From Lingula anatina (lineage: Eukaryota; Animalia; Brachiopoda), in contig CM120642.1 of assembly GCA_051362555.1 (NCBI GenBank), positions 7,874,001-7,938,000 on the forward strand: a DNA stretch of 64,000 nt. Direction: 5' to 3'. Positions within the stretch are counted from its first letter, which is position 1. Every line of letters starts with the position of its first letter. The notes beneath the pieces were generated by a model. That model saw nothing but the letters and a program-made list of their open reading frames with translations. It was not told the DNA's origin and ran no database searches. Positions 29,216 through 42,379 of this stretch are shown here, one piece after another. Both the position numbers and the translations under genes were made by a program.

Positions 29216-29372
29216 CAGGGGCGGATCCAGAGTTATTTTCTGACAGTCTTCCAAATTATCTTTGTTGATCTATCCTCCATTTTTGACAGAAAAAAATACA
29301 TACCCGTCAATGTAAACTTGAAAATCTGACCGTCTTCCGGAAGACCCAGAAGACGCCCTAAATCCGCCCCTG
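29216..29372. mobile_element. hAT-like MITE with 5-bp TSD
   Basis: CAGGGGCGGAT ... ATCCGCCCCTG, flanked by TTACC on both sides (29211-29215 and 29373-29377). Confidence 0.75.
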
Positions 29373-29385
29373 TTACCCCCCCCTC

Positions 29386-29416
<31 letters not shown>

Positions 29417-30559
29417 ACACACACACACGAAATTTTAAACACGTCAGTAGGGGGTTTATTGGCCCTGTTCACTTCTGCAAACCAAATTTATACGGAAATA
29501 ATTCTTTAAAACATTACGTCACCCCCCCCCCCCCCCCCCCCATACACACAAAGACACACACGTGCTTCTTGCGGGGCTTTCTGAGAGTCGTATATTATTT
29601 CACTTTATTGTACTTAATAGCATTAAGCGTATTGTTTTGACCTATATATATTTTTTCATTTATTTTTCGCTGTGTTGTTCGTCTTGCTGCAAGATAGAAT
29701 TAATGCAAATATTATTCTCATCGAAATTGCTCTTAGTTAGTCTTGCTACATAGAATAACGGAAGGGTTCTTAGAAGAGTTGGGCTTCAACTCTTAAATAA
29801 GTATTTTTAATACACAATCTTTTCCCCGATGCTGAACGTGCTGGCTGTTCCCGCCCATGACTGTCTCTACCCTCTACCAGGGCCACAAATTGATTTTTAC
29901 TAGATATCCACAGATACACATATATCTGGATAATATATGACAATTTTATCTACTGTACAACGCGATTTTTTTGCATGGAGTTAATTTCATCATTCAGCTG
30001 GCTTCAAGTATAAGAAAAAAGCGCCCCCGCTTCCACGGTTTTCACGGTCTCTAGTCCTAAACTAACTTCATTTTACCTTGGACGCGAATGACGAATACAA
30101 AACGTCTGTCACAATAAGACAGAGCTCGGTAGGTAGAGCTTGATTAATTCCCACAGTGATAACCCTATTATTCCCTTTGCAATTATCGAAGCGTCTTCCC
30201 ACTGAAAAGAATGAAAAGGTCTATAAAGATCTAACCAGTGTCGGTTGTGTATGATTATTCGGTGCTTTTATTGTGTTAAACTTTTCACGGGTGTTATGCT
30301 TCAGTATCCCTTTAAACATGCACCCCAGCTCATTTTAGCATCCTACAAAAAAGAAAAGGAGAAACGTCTACTCCTTTTGGTGGCAAGCTGCAAATGGAGG
30401 TCAGTCCCACGTGAAACTTGTTCTATAGGTAGAAACTAGTGCGGAACAAAAAATCCTTTTGTCACAGGAGTTGTGCAACACTCTCCCCGTGTTTGCCTAG
30501 ATTTAGGCGAAATAGAACCCCCTGTGTTTGTTTTGAAGATGAGAATATGGTACAGTAAC

Positions 30560-31246
30560 ATGGAGTATCAGACGAAACTGTATGTTGGGGCGATCCCTGT
30601 GCTGTTAGCTTTGGCCTGGACTTTTCTAGGTCCAAATCTTGAAGATTTTTCACAGACAATATCGATAAATGACGCCGATCTTCCACAAGGCACCCCACCC
30701 AAGGGACACTTGCGCCCTTTCGGATACCACGCAGATGAGGAGAAGGGGATCGTCGAGCTAGACGAATTTCCTGATCCGGAGACTTTTTACAGGGACTTTA
30801 TGAGGAAATCTGTCCCTATGATAGTGCGAGGTGGAGTAAAGCACTGGCCTGCGGTGGAAAGATGGAAGAGCGAGGATTACCTGAGAGAGAAATTTGGACA
30901 TCAAGTATTCAACGTGATGTTTAAAAACACTTCAGTCGACAAAAATCACTTTGTCCATATGGCAATGCATATGGATGACTTTCTCAAGTAAGAAAGCTCA
31001 GATATTTCTGTCTTTAAATTGGATTCGATTGGCACCTTTATTTCCTTCACTTATTCGGGTCCTTTAGCAGAAAAATCCTGATAAATACCGTCCGTCCATT
31101 TCTATCACCCTGAGTTTTAAAGAGCACTGTGCGGACAGTAAACTCGGTAGTTTATTATCATATCTCTCTTGATAGTGGAAACGGCAGAGACATGCAGATA
31201 TGTGTAAGACAGTAGAGAGTTTTTTTATTTTTATTATTATTATTAT

Positions 31247-31281
<35 letters not shown>

Positions 31282-34200
31282 GTGCCCTCTGAATCTCGGG
31301 GCGTTTTTTCATACTCCCTCTGCACATTTCCTCGGGTACCCTAAGGTCTATTTCCAAGGTGGTATTCTACCCTCTGCCAGAGCTGCAGATTAAATAAGCG
31401 CACTGTTCTCCAACGCAACACAGTGGTAAATAGTGGCATGAAATAACCAGAGACATATCTTTGAATGTCTAGTTAAAAATCAACGTGTAGTCCAGGTAGA
31501 GGGTAGGGGTGTTAACGTTTCCATTCGAATAGTGACTCACCTATGTGCAGTCTTCTACAAACTGTATATACCCGTTCACTGTCACTGGTACGTATCGGTG
31601 CATGTAGCTCGCAATCCGCTTTATTGCCTTACTGGTGGACTGACCTACCGGGGTACATGTTGGGTAAAAAAGTTATTTAAGTATTCAAATCACATTATTA
31701 CATTCCAGTTCTGAGTGCCAGTGTCCCTTTTATATCAAGCAAAATTGTACATATTTGCGTTTGGGAGCTCGTTTGTTAGATTTGTAATTTAATATTTCAT
31801 CAATCAGTTCATCTATTTGTTTTATTAACTCATTTCGTGACAATGTGTTTATAAACTGAATACTTACTATCCTACTTATTTATTAATTCCAGTCATTATA
31901 AGAACCACAAACTCTACTTAGACTTTGGAATAACTTCAGAGATGGCGGAGGACGTTACCCTTCCAAAAATATTCGGTTGTGACACTTATTTAAAAATTGT
32001 AAGTAGTTTTTTTTCTAAATTAAGTCAACGGTTACAAGGGTGCATTACAAAATGTGTAATTCAGGAAACAAAAAATATTACCCACTTTCATTGTTCGTTG
32101 ATTTTTATTGCTCCCTACCTCCAAAACTTGGAAGCAGATGATGATTCAATAACAGTGCATTTTCCATTATCTAGATGAAGCAGTACCAAATTTTCTTCAA
32201 TGCCGGTTGGTCCAGCACCGACCTTCACCTTGACATCACGGAGACTTTCTTCGCCCAGGTGACCGGTCAGAGACAGTGGATACTGACCACACCTAGAGAC
32301 GGCAAGAACGCATACAGCGATGACTTTGAGCATCATACAGGTCGTTTGTTAATCTCTCACTCTCACTAGCTTTCAAGCATAGACCTAAGACGCATAAAAT
32401 TCATGATTATATAGACTTATCCTCATTCAGTATGAACACTAAATGTTGCTTCAAAACAAAAATACATTTCAAGCCAGTTTAAACAAATTAGTTGACTTTG
32501 TACAACAACGTAATTTATAAGGAAAATTTTCATATTCAGACCTTTATTGGTAAAATGGGGTAAGAGCCCAATGTCCACTTCATTTAAACTGCAAGTTATT
32601 TATCAGATATATCACAGACTTGCGTTTCCATCCTCCCATCTTCCGAGTTGGGGATTTTTCACGTAGTTGTTTAGTATTTGTCAATGCACAAAATTAGTAT
32701 TAGTAAGAAAACATTGGCAACACCACCTCAGAAATACGTTTTTTTTTTAATTTTAGGTATATCTCAGCTTGATATCGAGTCTGTGGATTTAATCAATTTT
32801 CCCGACGTAACCAAGGTGGATGTATATAATATAACGGCCAATCCTGGAGACATCATTTACGTACCTGAGGGCTGGTGGCATCAGGTGCGAGCGAAAGGTC
32901 CCAACCCGCCAAACATCGCCATCGCCATATTTCTCCACTGGCTGAACTGTCAGTACGAGGTTCCACCTGGTACAGATGCCGAATATATAGACGGATGTAT
33001 AAAGATCCGGGAGGAAAAGCCGCTCGGTGGGTGTTACTGATAGAAGCATGGAGAGGGAAGACCCACCCACCCACCCACTCAACAGCTTATTTGACTTTTT
33101 TTAGGCTGCCTAACATAAAGTGTACATCTTTTAAATTGTCTATTACCATTTATTTAGTCTAGTAGTGACGTCGGTATGACGTCAGCATGACATTAACATG
33201 GTCATATTCCTCACGATTCTCCACCTTGATAAAGATTGACTATTCAAATGCATGTTTTTTCATGGTCAAGCTCGCAAGCCCTCCAAGAAAGACATATTAT
33301 ATCAAAGATAATTTTAATTGATTTTATTAAAAATGTGGCTTAAGCGCTGGTGAGGCTTCTGAGAGCGATAATTTAAAAAATGATTAAACGTGCCTGCTGG
33401 TCGTATTTCTCCGCAAGTTCTTTTCAGTAGTAATTAAATTCCTGTCTTTCTGTCTTTCTGTCATCTGTGTATGTCCTCTACCAAGAAAAAAGACTTCACG
33501 TTATCAAAGTTAATTCACTATTTATTTATTTATTTGTTTTAGAAATGACTTGTGGCATGAAAGTTGACGAGGCCCCTATCAGCGAGCTGATGAAAACGCT
33601 GAAACACATGGAACTGGAGACATTTACTGCAATCAAAGAGAGAGAGAACTGGACAATAACGAGTGACCTGAAGTTTGTAACTTCACTGCTGAAGAGCGGA
33701 TACGAAAGTACTTAACGTGTAGTATAATATATGTTAAAAAAGAGAACAAAAATCCCATAGAACGTTATTAACGTAGCCACTTAAATTGACTTAGCAAAGG
33801 AGTTTATGTACGTTAAAACGTACATAAACTCCTTTGCTAATATTAAAAACGTAAAAAAAACATTCAAAAGTTTTTAATATTGTGGTTAATACAAACTAAA
33901 TCAAAACTTTATGAGACATTATTATGAATTTATAATATTTTATCATTGAATTATATCACGAAAATAATAAATAAATGCTGGTGTAACTTTGTTGAATTTT
34001 TCCACAGTGCCTGACCTGGGACTGGGACTTGGAGACATACCTCACAGTGAGTTAAAAGCTGCCCTTGAATACGCTCTCAAAGTTGGATACAGGTAGGGGA
34101 ACGTTCATACATGAGCCGATATATCCCTTAAAATCCTTTACATCTTATGTTTCGTTTCCAGTACTGAAGTGAACGCCTTGGCTAACGAAAAAATGGATGC

Positions 34201-35328
34201 TGACTTATACAACAATGGCGGATCTAGCAGAAAGTATATACCGTCCGAGCAAGTGCCCCCCTTTTCTCCCTTCCAAATTAAAATAAGTATAACGAGTAAA
34301 ACGGGCGTTTTTTTATCAACCCCCTCCTTATATTAGAATTGGTCTCATGTCTTGTTTCATGCTATCCGTCTTTGTGTTCCGCTATTAGCAGCATCCTGGA
34401 TTCCAGTGCAGTGTTGTAGGCCTAAAGGTTCACAAATCTTTTGAAATTGAATATCAAACTACAAACTGTGACAGTTCATTTCTACAACAATTATGTTGTC
34501 TGATAAAGATGGTAGAACAGTGTCATAATATGTATTACAGTTATCATGTATTACAGCTATCAAGTGTATTACAGTTATCATAACTTAGATGAATTAAAAA
34601 AATTCTGTGAATTTTTTAGGTTATTTGACCCAGATTTAATCGAGGGGTCCGAGTCTATTCTGGGGTCTGTTTTGGCGAACAACAAATACTGCAAACGAGA
34701 AGACGCTTTCGTTATTGTTAAAGTTCCTCAAGACAGTTTAGGTATAGACGCCACCAGAAAGTCGGTGGAAAACTCATTGAAGAGACTTCAGACTGACTAC
34801 TTGGATCTGGTCTTGCTGCAAGCACCATCTTGCGACCCCAAGGACGTGGAGTGTTGGGAATTATTAAAAGAATCATGGCAGACGTTGGAAGAAATGAACG
34901 CTACGGGAAGCATTCGTTCCTTGGGAGTTATGGACCTTAAAATGAAGAACCTTCGAGATCTAATCAAAATCGCCAAGGTACCAATATCCGTCGTTCACAG
35001 TCGATTCGACCTCATGAAAAGAAGGACAAAATTACGACAGCTCTGCGATGACAACGGTATTCGTTTCATGGGGCACAGTATAATGGGACAAAAATGGCAG
35101 ACAGAAGACGGTCAAAATCCGTTAATGTCCAGCAATGACTTGAAGGTAGTGTCTAGAAGCGTTCACACTACAACACAGGCGGTTCTAATCCGGTGGGCGT
35201 TGGATCAGAATGTCACCGTAGTTCCACGAGCGTTAAATATGTTTTACATTTCTCTCAATCAGAGGGCGCTAATGACTGACATCTCTGAATTTGAAGACAT
35301 TTTCGAAAACTTCCCTCATTCAGATTAG
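30560..35328 (+). CDS. JmjC/cupin dioxygenase-aldo-keto reductase fusion, paralog A, 642 aa, 7 exons
   Basis: Exons 30560-30987, 31893-31998, 32175-32340, 32757-33026, 33543-33707, 34008-34092, 34620-35328 (1929 nt, all GT-AG, phases match). N-terminal hydrophobic segment; JmjC motifs HWPAVERW..EDYL, HLD, GDIIYVPEGWWHQV; AKR motifs LKSGYEMPDLGLG, GYRLFD, REDAFVIVK, LQTDYLDLVLL, VLIRWAL. Confidence 0.92.
31367..31506. mobile_element. Short MITE, TACCCTCTACCAGG TIR family
   Basis: ctaccctctgccag ... ccaggtagagggtag. Confidence 0.7.
33791..33840. repeat. Perfect 24-bp inverted repeat (hairpin) in intron 5 of paralog A
   Basis: TTAGCAAAGGAGTTTATGTACGTT-AA-AACGTACATAAACTCCTTTGCTAA. Confidence 0.95.
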
Positions 35329-35841
35329 TCCTGGGAGATTTCTTCTTTTTTCTGTTCTTCATAATGCGTTTTATCTTTATTAGTTTAATTCTATCCTGTG
35401 TGATACGTATGTGTTTTGGACAAATAATATACAAATAGCGAAGAAAACTTTTTGTATAATTATTATCCTTAAGTACATTATTTAGGTGTGACCATTCTCT
35501 GAAAATGTGATTAGCTTCTTCTGGGAAGACCATATGTCTTCATACGATATTATTTCACTGTATTCAGAAAACTATCCAATGATTAATCGTTACGTTTTAT
35601 TCAGAGTACTATCCAATGTTTTTGTTGTTGTTTACTTCTATTCAAAATACTATCATATAATAATTGTTCATGAATTATTCTATTCAGAATAATATTCAGT
35701 GTTTTTCGGTATCGTTTTATTTTATTAAGAATACTGCCTTTAGTTAAGAAATATAATTATGATGTCTTATATCAGGAGTTGTTATGATCAATACATCTTT
35801 GTGTTTTGATGAGTTGCTGTGATATTTCTTCGTCTGTTTAA

Positions 35842-36179
35842 AGGGATAATACTCTTCGTTTTGACAAAAAAATGAATTTTCCTGGAGTAAACAACAATTT
35901 TCCCGTACTTACCAATGGTCAATGGATTCATTTTTACATTCATTGTTTTTTTGTGTTTTTTTTTTCTAAAAGGTTTTTTTTTTATATAATCTCTTAAGAG
36001 ATTATAATAGAGTATAGCCATCAATGGAGGTCACGTGGTCTAAAGACAAGCTCAGATATAAGAATAATAGCTTTAACTGCCGTTTTTCTTGTACAACAAA
36101 ATATATTATATTTTTATGAGTTGTTCACAATGTTTTTATTGTGAAAAAAAAAGATCTCATACGAAGAGTTATTATCCCT
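35842..36179. mobile_element. Kolobok-like MITE (TTAA TSD, AGG termini)
   Basis: ttaa|agggataat(a)actcttcgt ... acgaagagttattatccct|ttaa; second copy at 40792-41119. Confidence 0.8.
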
Positions 36180-38804
36180 TTAAGAATATCCCTTTGTAAC
36201 ATATATCAATTATAACAATACGTAATCATCATTTATTTCTTAAAACCATGCTACACATACATCTCAGTGCTGTTCAAATAATTTAAAAACAGGCCCAGGA
36301 AAACTGGTCATAAAAATACACCGTTTCTACTCTAAAATTAAAGATTATACATAAAATAATTCGCGAAGGGCCCTGGACCACTAATTTACGCGTCTGAGCT
36401 CACATACTCTCTCATGCCACGATTTGACGAGTGGGATATCGTTGGGTGGTTATTTATCAGCATCATCATAATTTGTTTCGTTTTGAGATTGAAAATCCAA
36501 AGCGAAAGATTGAAGAAATGATTTGTCTAACACTTTTGACTATTGTGAACATGAAGTTGGGTAAAAACTGCTTGTGTTGAATCCGATCCATCATGGTATC
36601 AGCGGAGGTTCCCACTCGGATATCTCGACTGTTTTGGTATTAGACGTCATTTCGGTGTTTCCTCAGTGTGGTGAAATTAATACCTTATGACTTAACAACA
36701 TTTTAGTGTAAGGGAGTTTTGATAGTTTGAATGAATATACTGGGTACAGTAAAAAAAGTTTAAAGATTATTTTCCGTATGTGTTTGTTTATTATGTATGT
36801 AAAAGATAAAGAAAGAAAAGATTTCACTTTTCGGGTGTCAAACCGGATCCAAAGCGATTGTGTTTGCACAGGTTACATGTACCACCCAGCCATGTCAACT
36901 TAGTAGAATATATATTGGAAAATTAACGTGTGTTAAAAACATCAGACTTTACAGAAATAAAGGCTTTAGAAACAAACAATCGCAAAATCATTTTCGTTTT
37001 ATCTGAGTTCAAATCAACCAATGTACACAGAGCTTCGCGAGAGCATTCAGGGCAATGGATGCGTGTACATGTAAGTATGAGTGGCCCATTGTATGTGCCT
37101 AAAAGAATAACCTTTTAGTTATCAGTCATAATATTGGTGAAAAAAAGTTAATGCAATTTAATTCTAAAAAAAGAGCTATGAATCAGTAGAATCGCCACTC
37201 GCGCCTTTTTTATGAAAATAAATCTAATGAATGCTGTTTTGCAAGTTTTCTGTTATACAATTCGACTTATAACCGCTGTTGTCAGAAAAATGTGAACATT
37301 TATTGAGGAATTAAAGAAAAAACATTGCAGTGTTGACCACTGTCCGCTGCATTAGAGGTTTCCTTTTGTCTGATGGTTGGAGCAAGGTATTACTGTGTAA
37401 TGGCACTGATGCGTTGAATAACTAGAAAAAGGTACTTTACATTATTTAACTCAAGTGCCACAAGTCACGCTTTTAAAATGGGATATTTGAATCATATATA
37501 CTGGGTCATGATTCAAGAAGATTTTTGACCAATGTTATTTCTTGGTTCCAAACCCCTCAAAACAGCGTCAGTTCGTCTAAGAAAAGAAACTGTTGGTTTC
37601 GGGGAGTACTCGATTTATGATTAATTTTATAAATTCGGTGGGAGGGGGAACATTCAAAGTGGCCATTTTATTAGCTTTATTCAAAAACCGAAATGGAGTA
37701 CAATGAATTTAATAACCCAGCAGATTAAAAAGAACACAATATAAGCTGTTTCTTGGTAGTACCAAATTTTCAGAGATGTTCGATGTCCATATTGTAGTGT
37801 CTACTATTTAGATCCTCCCTGCCCCCTGTGCGTATGACTGATGGCGTAAAAAAAAGTTGGGGTTGGGGATAAGATACCCCAACCCGCCTCCTCCGAAAGT
37901 CGGCCCTCAATTTAGTTATAATGGTTAGGGTTAGCCTGAACTAAGCCTGAACGAAGAGGATTAAAGTCTAGGGCAAGGAGGGGAGGCTCTCTTTTACGTT
38001 ACACCGGAATGAAACATTATACTTATTTATGTACTATTAATAATATATATTATTATATATATAATAATGACTTACATTAATACACGAAACTTTTTTTTTT
38101 GAACAAAATGAACATATTGCTCAACGCAATGCAATAATCAGAAAAGAATTTGAAGAAACACTTTATACTTTCCCGAATAAAATAAACAGTAACAACATCT
38201 TATAAAGACTCATAAAATTTGGATATAACGGTATTCTCGACTGAGTCACTTACTCAAACATATACATATACGTATAATTATTGCACAGATCTGTCACATC
38301 TTCTCGAGACGTACGTCCAACCACACATTACCACAGCATAGGATGGAGATGATTAAAAGCAAAATCATGCGAACCAATCTTCATTGGGAAACTGATCGAA
38401 AGTTGCTTCAAATTCAGAGTCCTCTGGTTGGAAGAAATGTAAAAAGGACTCGAAACTCGAAGAACCAACGCCCATCAGACCAGGGCCGCCTGTGGTGTAG
38501 CGTTCAAGACACTATTGATTATGAAAAAATATCGGATATAACTATTTGATAGAATTTGACATTTGCCAATGTTTCTTATACAAACGTAGTTTTCTAAATA
38601 TAATAAACCAATATTCAACATAGAATAAAACAGTACGTAACAATAATGATAATGTATGTTATGGAGACATCTACTTGTCCGAATAAAACCTTCATATATT
38701 TTCACTTGCTATATATCCCAAAATTCACTAAGATAAAAAACGAACAAAGATAACATGCCTTTTCAGGAAAAGAAAAAAAAACACGAAAAAGAAATCTCAT
38801 AAGA

Positions 38805-40111
38805 CTAATCTGCGTGAGGGAAGTTTTCGAAAGTGTCTTCAAATTCAGAGATGTCAACCATCAGCGCCCTCTGGTTGAGAGAAATGTACAACGGATTCAA
38901 TGCTCGTGGAACTACGGTGACATTCTGATCCAACGCCCACCGGATTAAGACGGCCTGTGTTGTAGCACGAGAGGTTGCCGAGACTACACGTAGGTCATTG
39001 CTGGTCAGTATCGGATTCTGACCGTCTTCCGTCAGCCATTTTTCTCCCATTAAACTGTGCGCCATAAAACGAATGCCGTTGTCATTGCAGAGCTGTCGTA
39101 ATTTTGTCCTTCTTTTCATGAGGTCAAATCGACTGTGAACAACAGAAATTGGTACCTTTGCGATCTTGATGAGATCCCGAAGGTTCTTTATTTTTATGTC
39201 CATCACCCCCAAGGAACGAATGCTTCCCGTAGCGTTCATTTCTTCCAACGTCTGCCATGATTCTTTTAATAATTCCCAACACTCCTCGTCCTTGGGGTCG
39301 CAAGAAGGCACTTGCAGCAAGACCAGATCCAAGTAGTCAGTCTGAAGTCTCTTCATTGAGTTTTCCACCGACTTTCTGGTCGCGTCTTTACCTAAACTGT
39401 CTTGAGGAACTTTAACAATAACGAAAGCGTCTTCTCGTTTGCAGTGTTTGTTGCTGGCCAAAACAGACCCCAGAATAGACTCGGACTCCTCGCTTAAATC
39501 TGGGTCAAATAACCTAAAACAACATTTTGTAAACGCCAAATTATAAAAAAGCTATATGTATAATACCTTTTGCTTTATCCCACAATATTGTGTCTTAAAA
39601 AAGTGAACTATTACTGCAGTGCCTTTTGATCTTCAGTTTTCACAGATTTTTTATTTTTTACCATAACAGCTTCAACTGTTTAAAACGCGATCGGCCTAAC
39701 ACTGAAAATATTTCAATACTGGGAAAGAAACTTAAGATGGCAACATGTACAATTCCACGGTGATATTGTTCACCTACCTGTATCCAGTCTTAAGAGCGTA
39801 TTCAAGGGCAGCTTCTAGCTCACTGTCAGGTATGTCTCCAAGTGCCAGTCCCAGGTCAGGCACTGCGGAAAAAAGTTACACCAGCATCTATCTACTATTT
39901 ACATATTATACTTCAATCATAGAATTTTAATTTATTTTACAGTTGAAAATGTACTGTCAAAAATTGTTGAGTAAATTTCTGTCCATAAACCCGTTTCTGG
40001 GCTCTAAATGTCTATTCTGATTGTCATGTAAGTCTTTCACCAGTATTCATCTTCATTACAAAAGTTACCCAAAATTAGAAACCGGGCTTAGATATCATTA
40101 TTCTGTCGACG

Positions 40112-40144
<33 letters not shown>

Positions 40145-40203
40145 TTTGTGGAGCACTAAATGTGTACATGACTTGCTATTTGCTGGATCACTATTCTACA
40201 AAG

Positions 40204-40273
<70 letters not shown>

Positions 40274-42342
40274 TGGAGAACAGAACATATTAATAATACT
40301 TAATCTATAATTTTACCTTACTTAAAACAATAAAGTTAGTACACATGTGATGTGATATAATACACTTGTAAGGCTGCTTTACGACAGTGACTTGTAGAAG
40401 GCTAACGATTAAAGCAATAAGCAATGTTGGGCATACTTTCATATCCACTTTTTAGCAGTGAAGTTTGAATTTCCAGTTCTTCCATGATTTCACTGGCATC
40501 CTCACTGATTGAAGTAAAGACGTCCAGTTCCATGTGTTTTAGTGTTTCCTTCAGCTCACTCATAGGTGCTTCATCAACTTTCATGCCACAAGTCATTTCT
40601 GAAAAAAAAATCGACTATGAATCATCTTTGATATCACAGAGGATTGATTGATTGATACAAAAGAATATGCACCGGTTTGCATATATTATCAAAGAGGAAA
40701 ATATGAGTAATGTTACCAGCAGGCACACCGACGTCATACCGACGCCACTGCTGGAAGATGTGAATACTGTTTATATTTTAAACGATGTTACAGGGATAAC
40801 AATTATTCGTATGAGACTCATATTTAACGAGAAATACGTTGTAAACAACTCATAGAAATATAATAAATTCTATTTTACCACCAAAACGGCGCTTAGCGCA
40901 ATTATTCTGAACCTGTGCTTGCCATCGGACCACGTGACCTCAATCGGTGGCTTCCTTTGAAAGAATCTCTTAAGAGATTTTTACAAAAACCAAACTTTTT
41001 AAAACCATGGACTAGCTTTGAATGTCAGAACGGGTTTATGAACCATTGTGAAGTATGGGGGAATTGTCGTTTACCCCAGGAAAATCCATTTTGGGCCAAA
41101 ATGAAGAGTTATTATCCCTTTAACCTTACAAATAGGAGGCAACCTTAGAAATTCAGGTGTGGATGAAATGTAGACCTGAGATGGCGTTGGTGTGGGCTTG
41201 GGCTTCTGGGCGTTCCATCAGTAACACTCACCGAGCGGCTTCTCCTCCCGGATCTTTATACACCCTTCTACATATTCGGCATCTGTACCAGGTGGGACCT
41301 CGTACTGACAGTTCAGCCAGTGGAGAAATATGGCGATGGCGATGTTTGGCGGGTTGGGACCTTTCGCTCGCACCTGATGCCACCAGCCCTCAGGTACGTA
41401 AATGATGTCTCCAGGATTGGCCGTTATATTATATACATCCACCTTGGTTACGTCGGGAAAATTGATCAAATCCACAGACTCGATATCAATCTGAGATATA
41501 CCTAAAATGAATTTTTTTAGACTGTTAAGGGGGGTTGTTGATGTAAGAATGGCCCTCATAATACAACGTCGACAAAAATAAAATCGCTCAAATGAAAAGA
41601 TGCTCTTTTTTCCCTCTTTGGTTAAACATATGGGCTTTGCTTTTATAAACATATGTTAATGTTACCTGTATGATACTGGAAGTCGTCGCTGTATGTGTTC
41701 TTGCCGTCTCTAGGTGTGGTCAGTATCCACTGTCTCTGACCAGTCACCTGGGCGAAGAAGGTCTCCGTGATGTCAAGGTGAAGGTCGGTGCTGGACCAAC
41801 CGGCATTGAAGAATATTTGGTACGGTTTCATCTAGATGATTGTAAATGTATTGATTATGAAAATACATCTTTTTTTTTTTTTTTTTTTTTGAGTGGGAAA
41901 TTAGAAATCAACCAATCAAGTAATGACGATCATGTGTCATTTTTGTAAAAGATAAACCTATGGCTTCAGACTTAATAAGAACAGTAATAGTTATTTCTTG
42001 CTTAAAATAAGATCAGTATTTCAGTGACTGAGCATCTGTATTATAAGTATTTGTATGCACTAATGTAGTGTATCGTTCTGTACTTGTACGGTGATGTGTT
42101 TTCTGATTCTGTGATGTATTAGCGGAATAACAAAACAAAACTGGTTATCATACGCATTTTTATTTCTTGCTTAAAAATAAGATCAGTATTTCAGTGACTG
42201 AGCATCTGTATTATAAGTATTTGTATGCACTAATGTAGTGTATCCTTCTGTATTTGCACGGTAATGTTTTCTGATTCTGTGATGTATTCATGTTCCTGTA
42301 TGTTTGTCTTCTTTGTAATGTGCTGTATTGTGTTTGTATATG

Positions 42343-42379
<37 letters not shown>

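Noticed and set aside
34546-35328. Stand-alone AKR genes suggested by the ORF track (also 38805-39539 and 49117-49827)
   Set aside because: These lack the AKR N-terminal strands, which lie in exons 5-6 and are spliced in frame to the JmjC exons; the listed starts are intronic or non-ATG.
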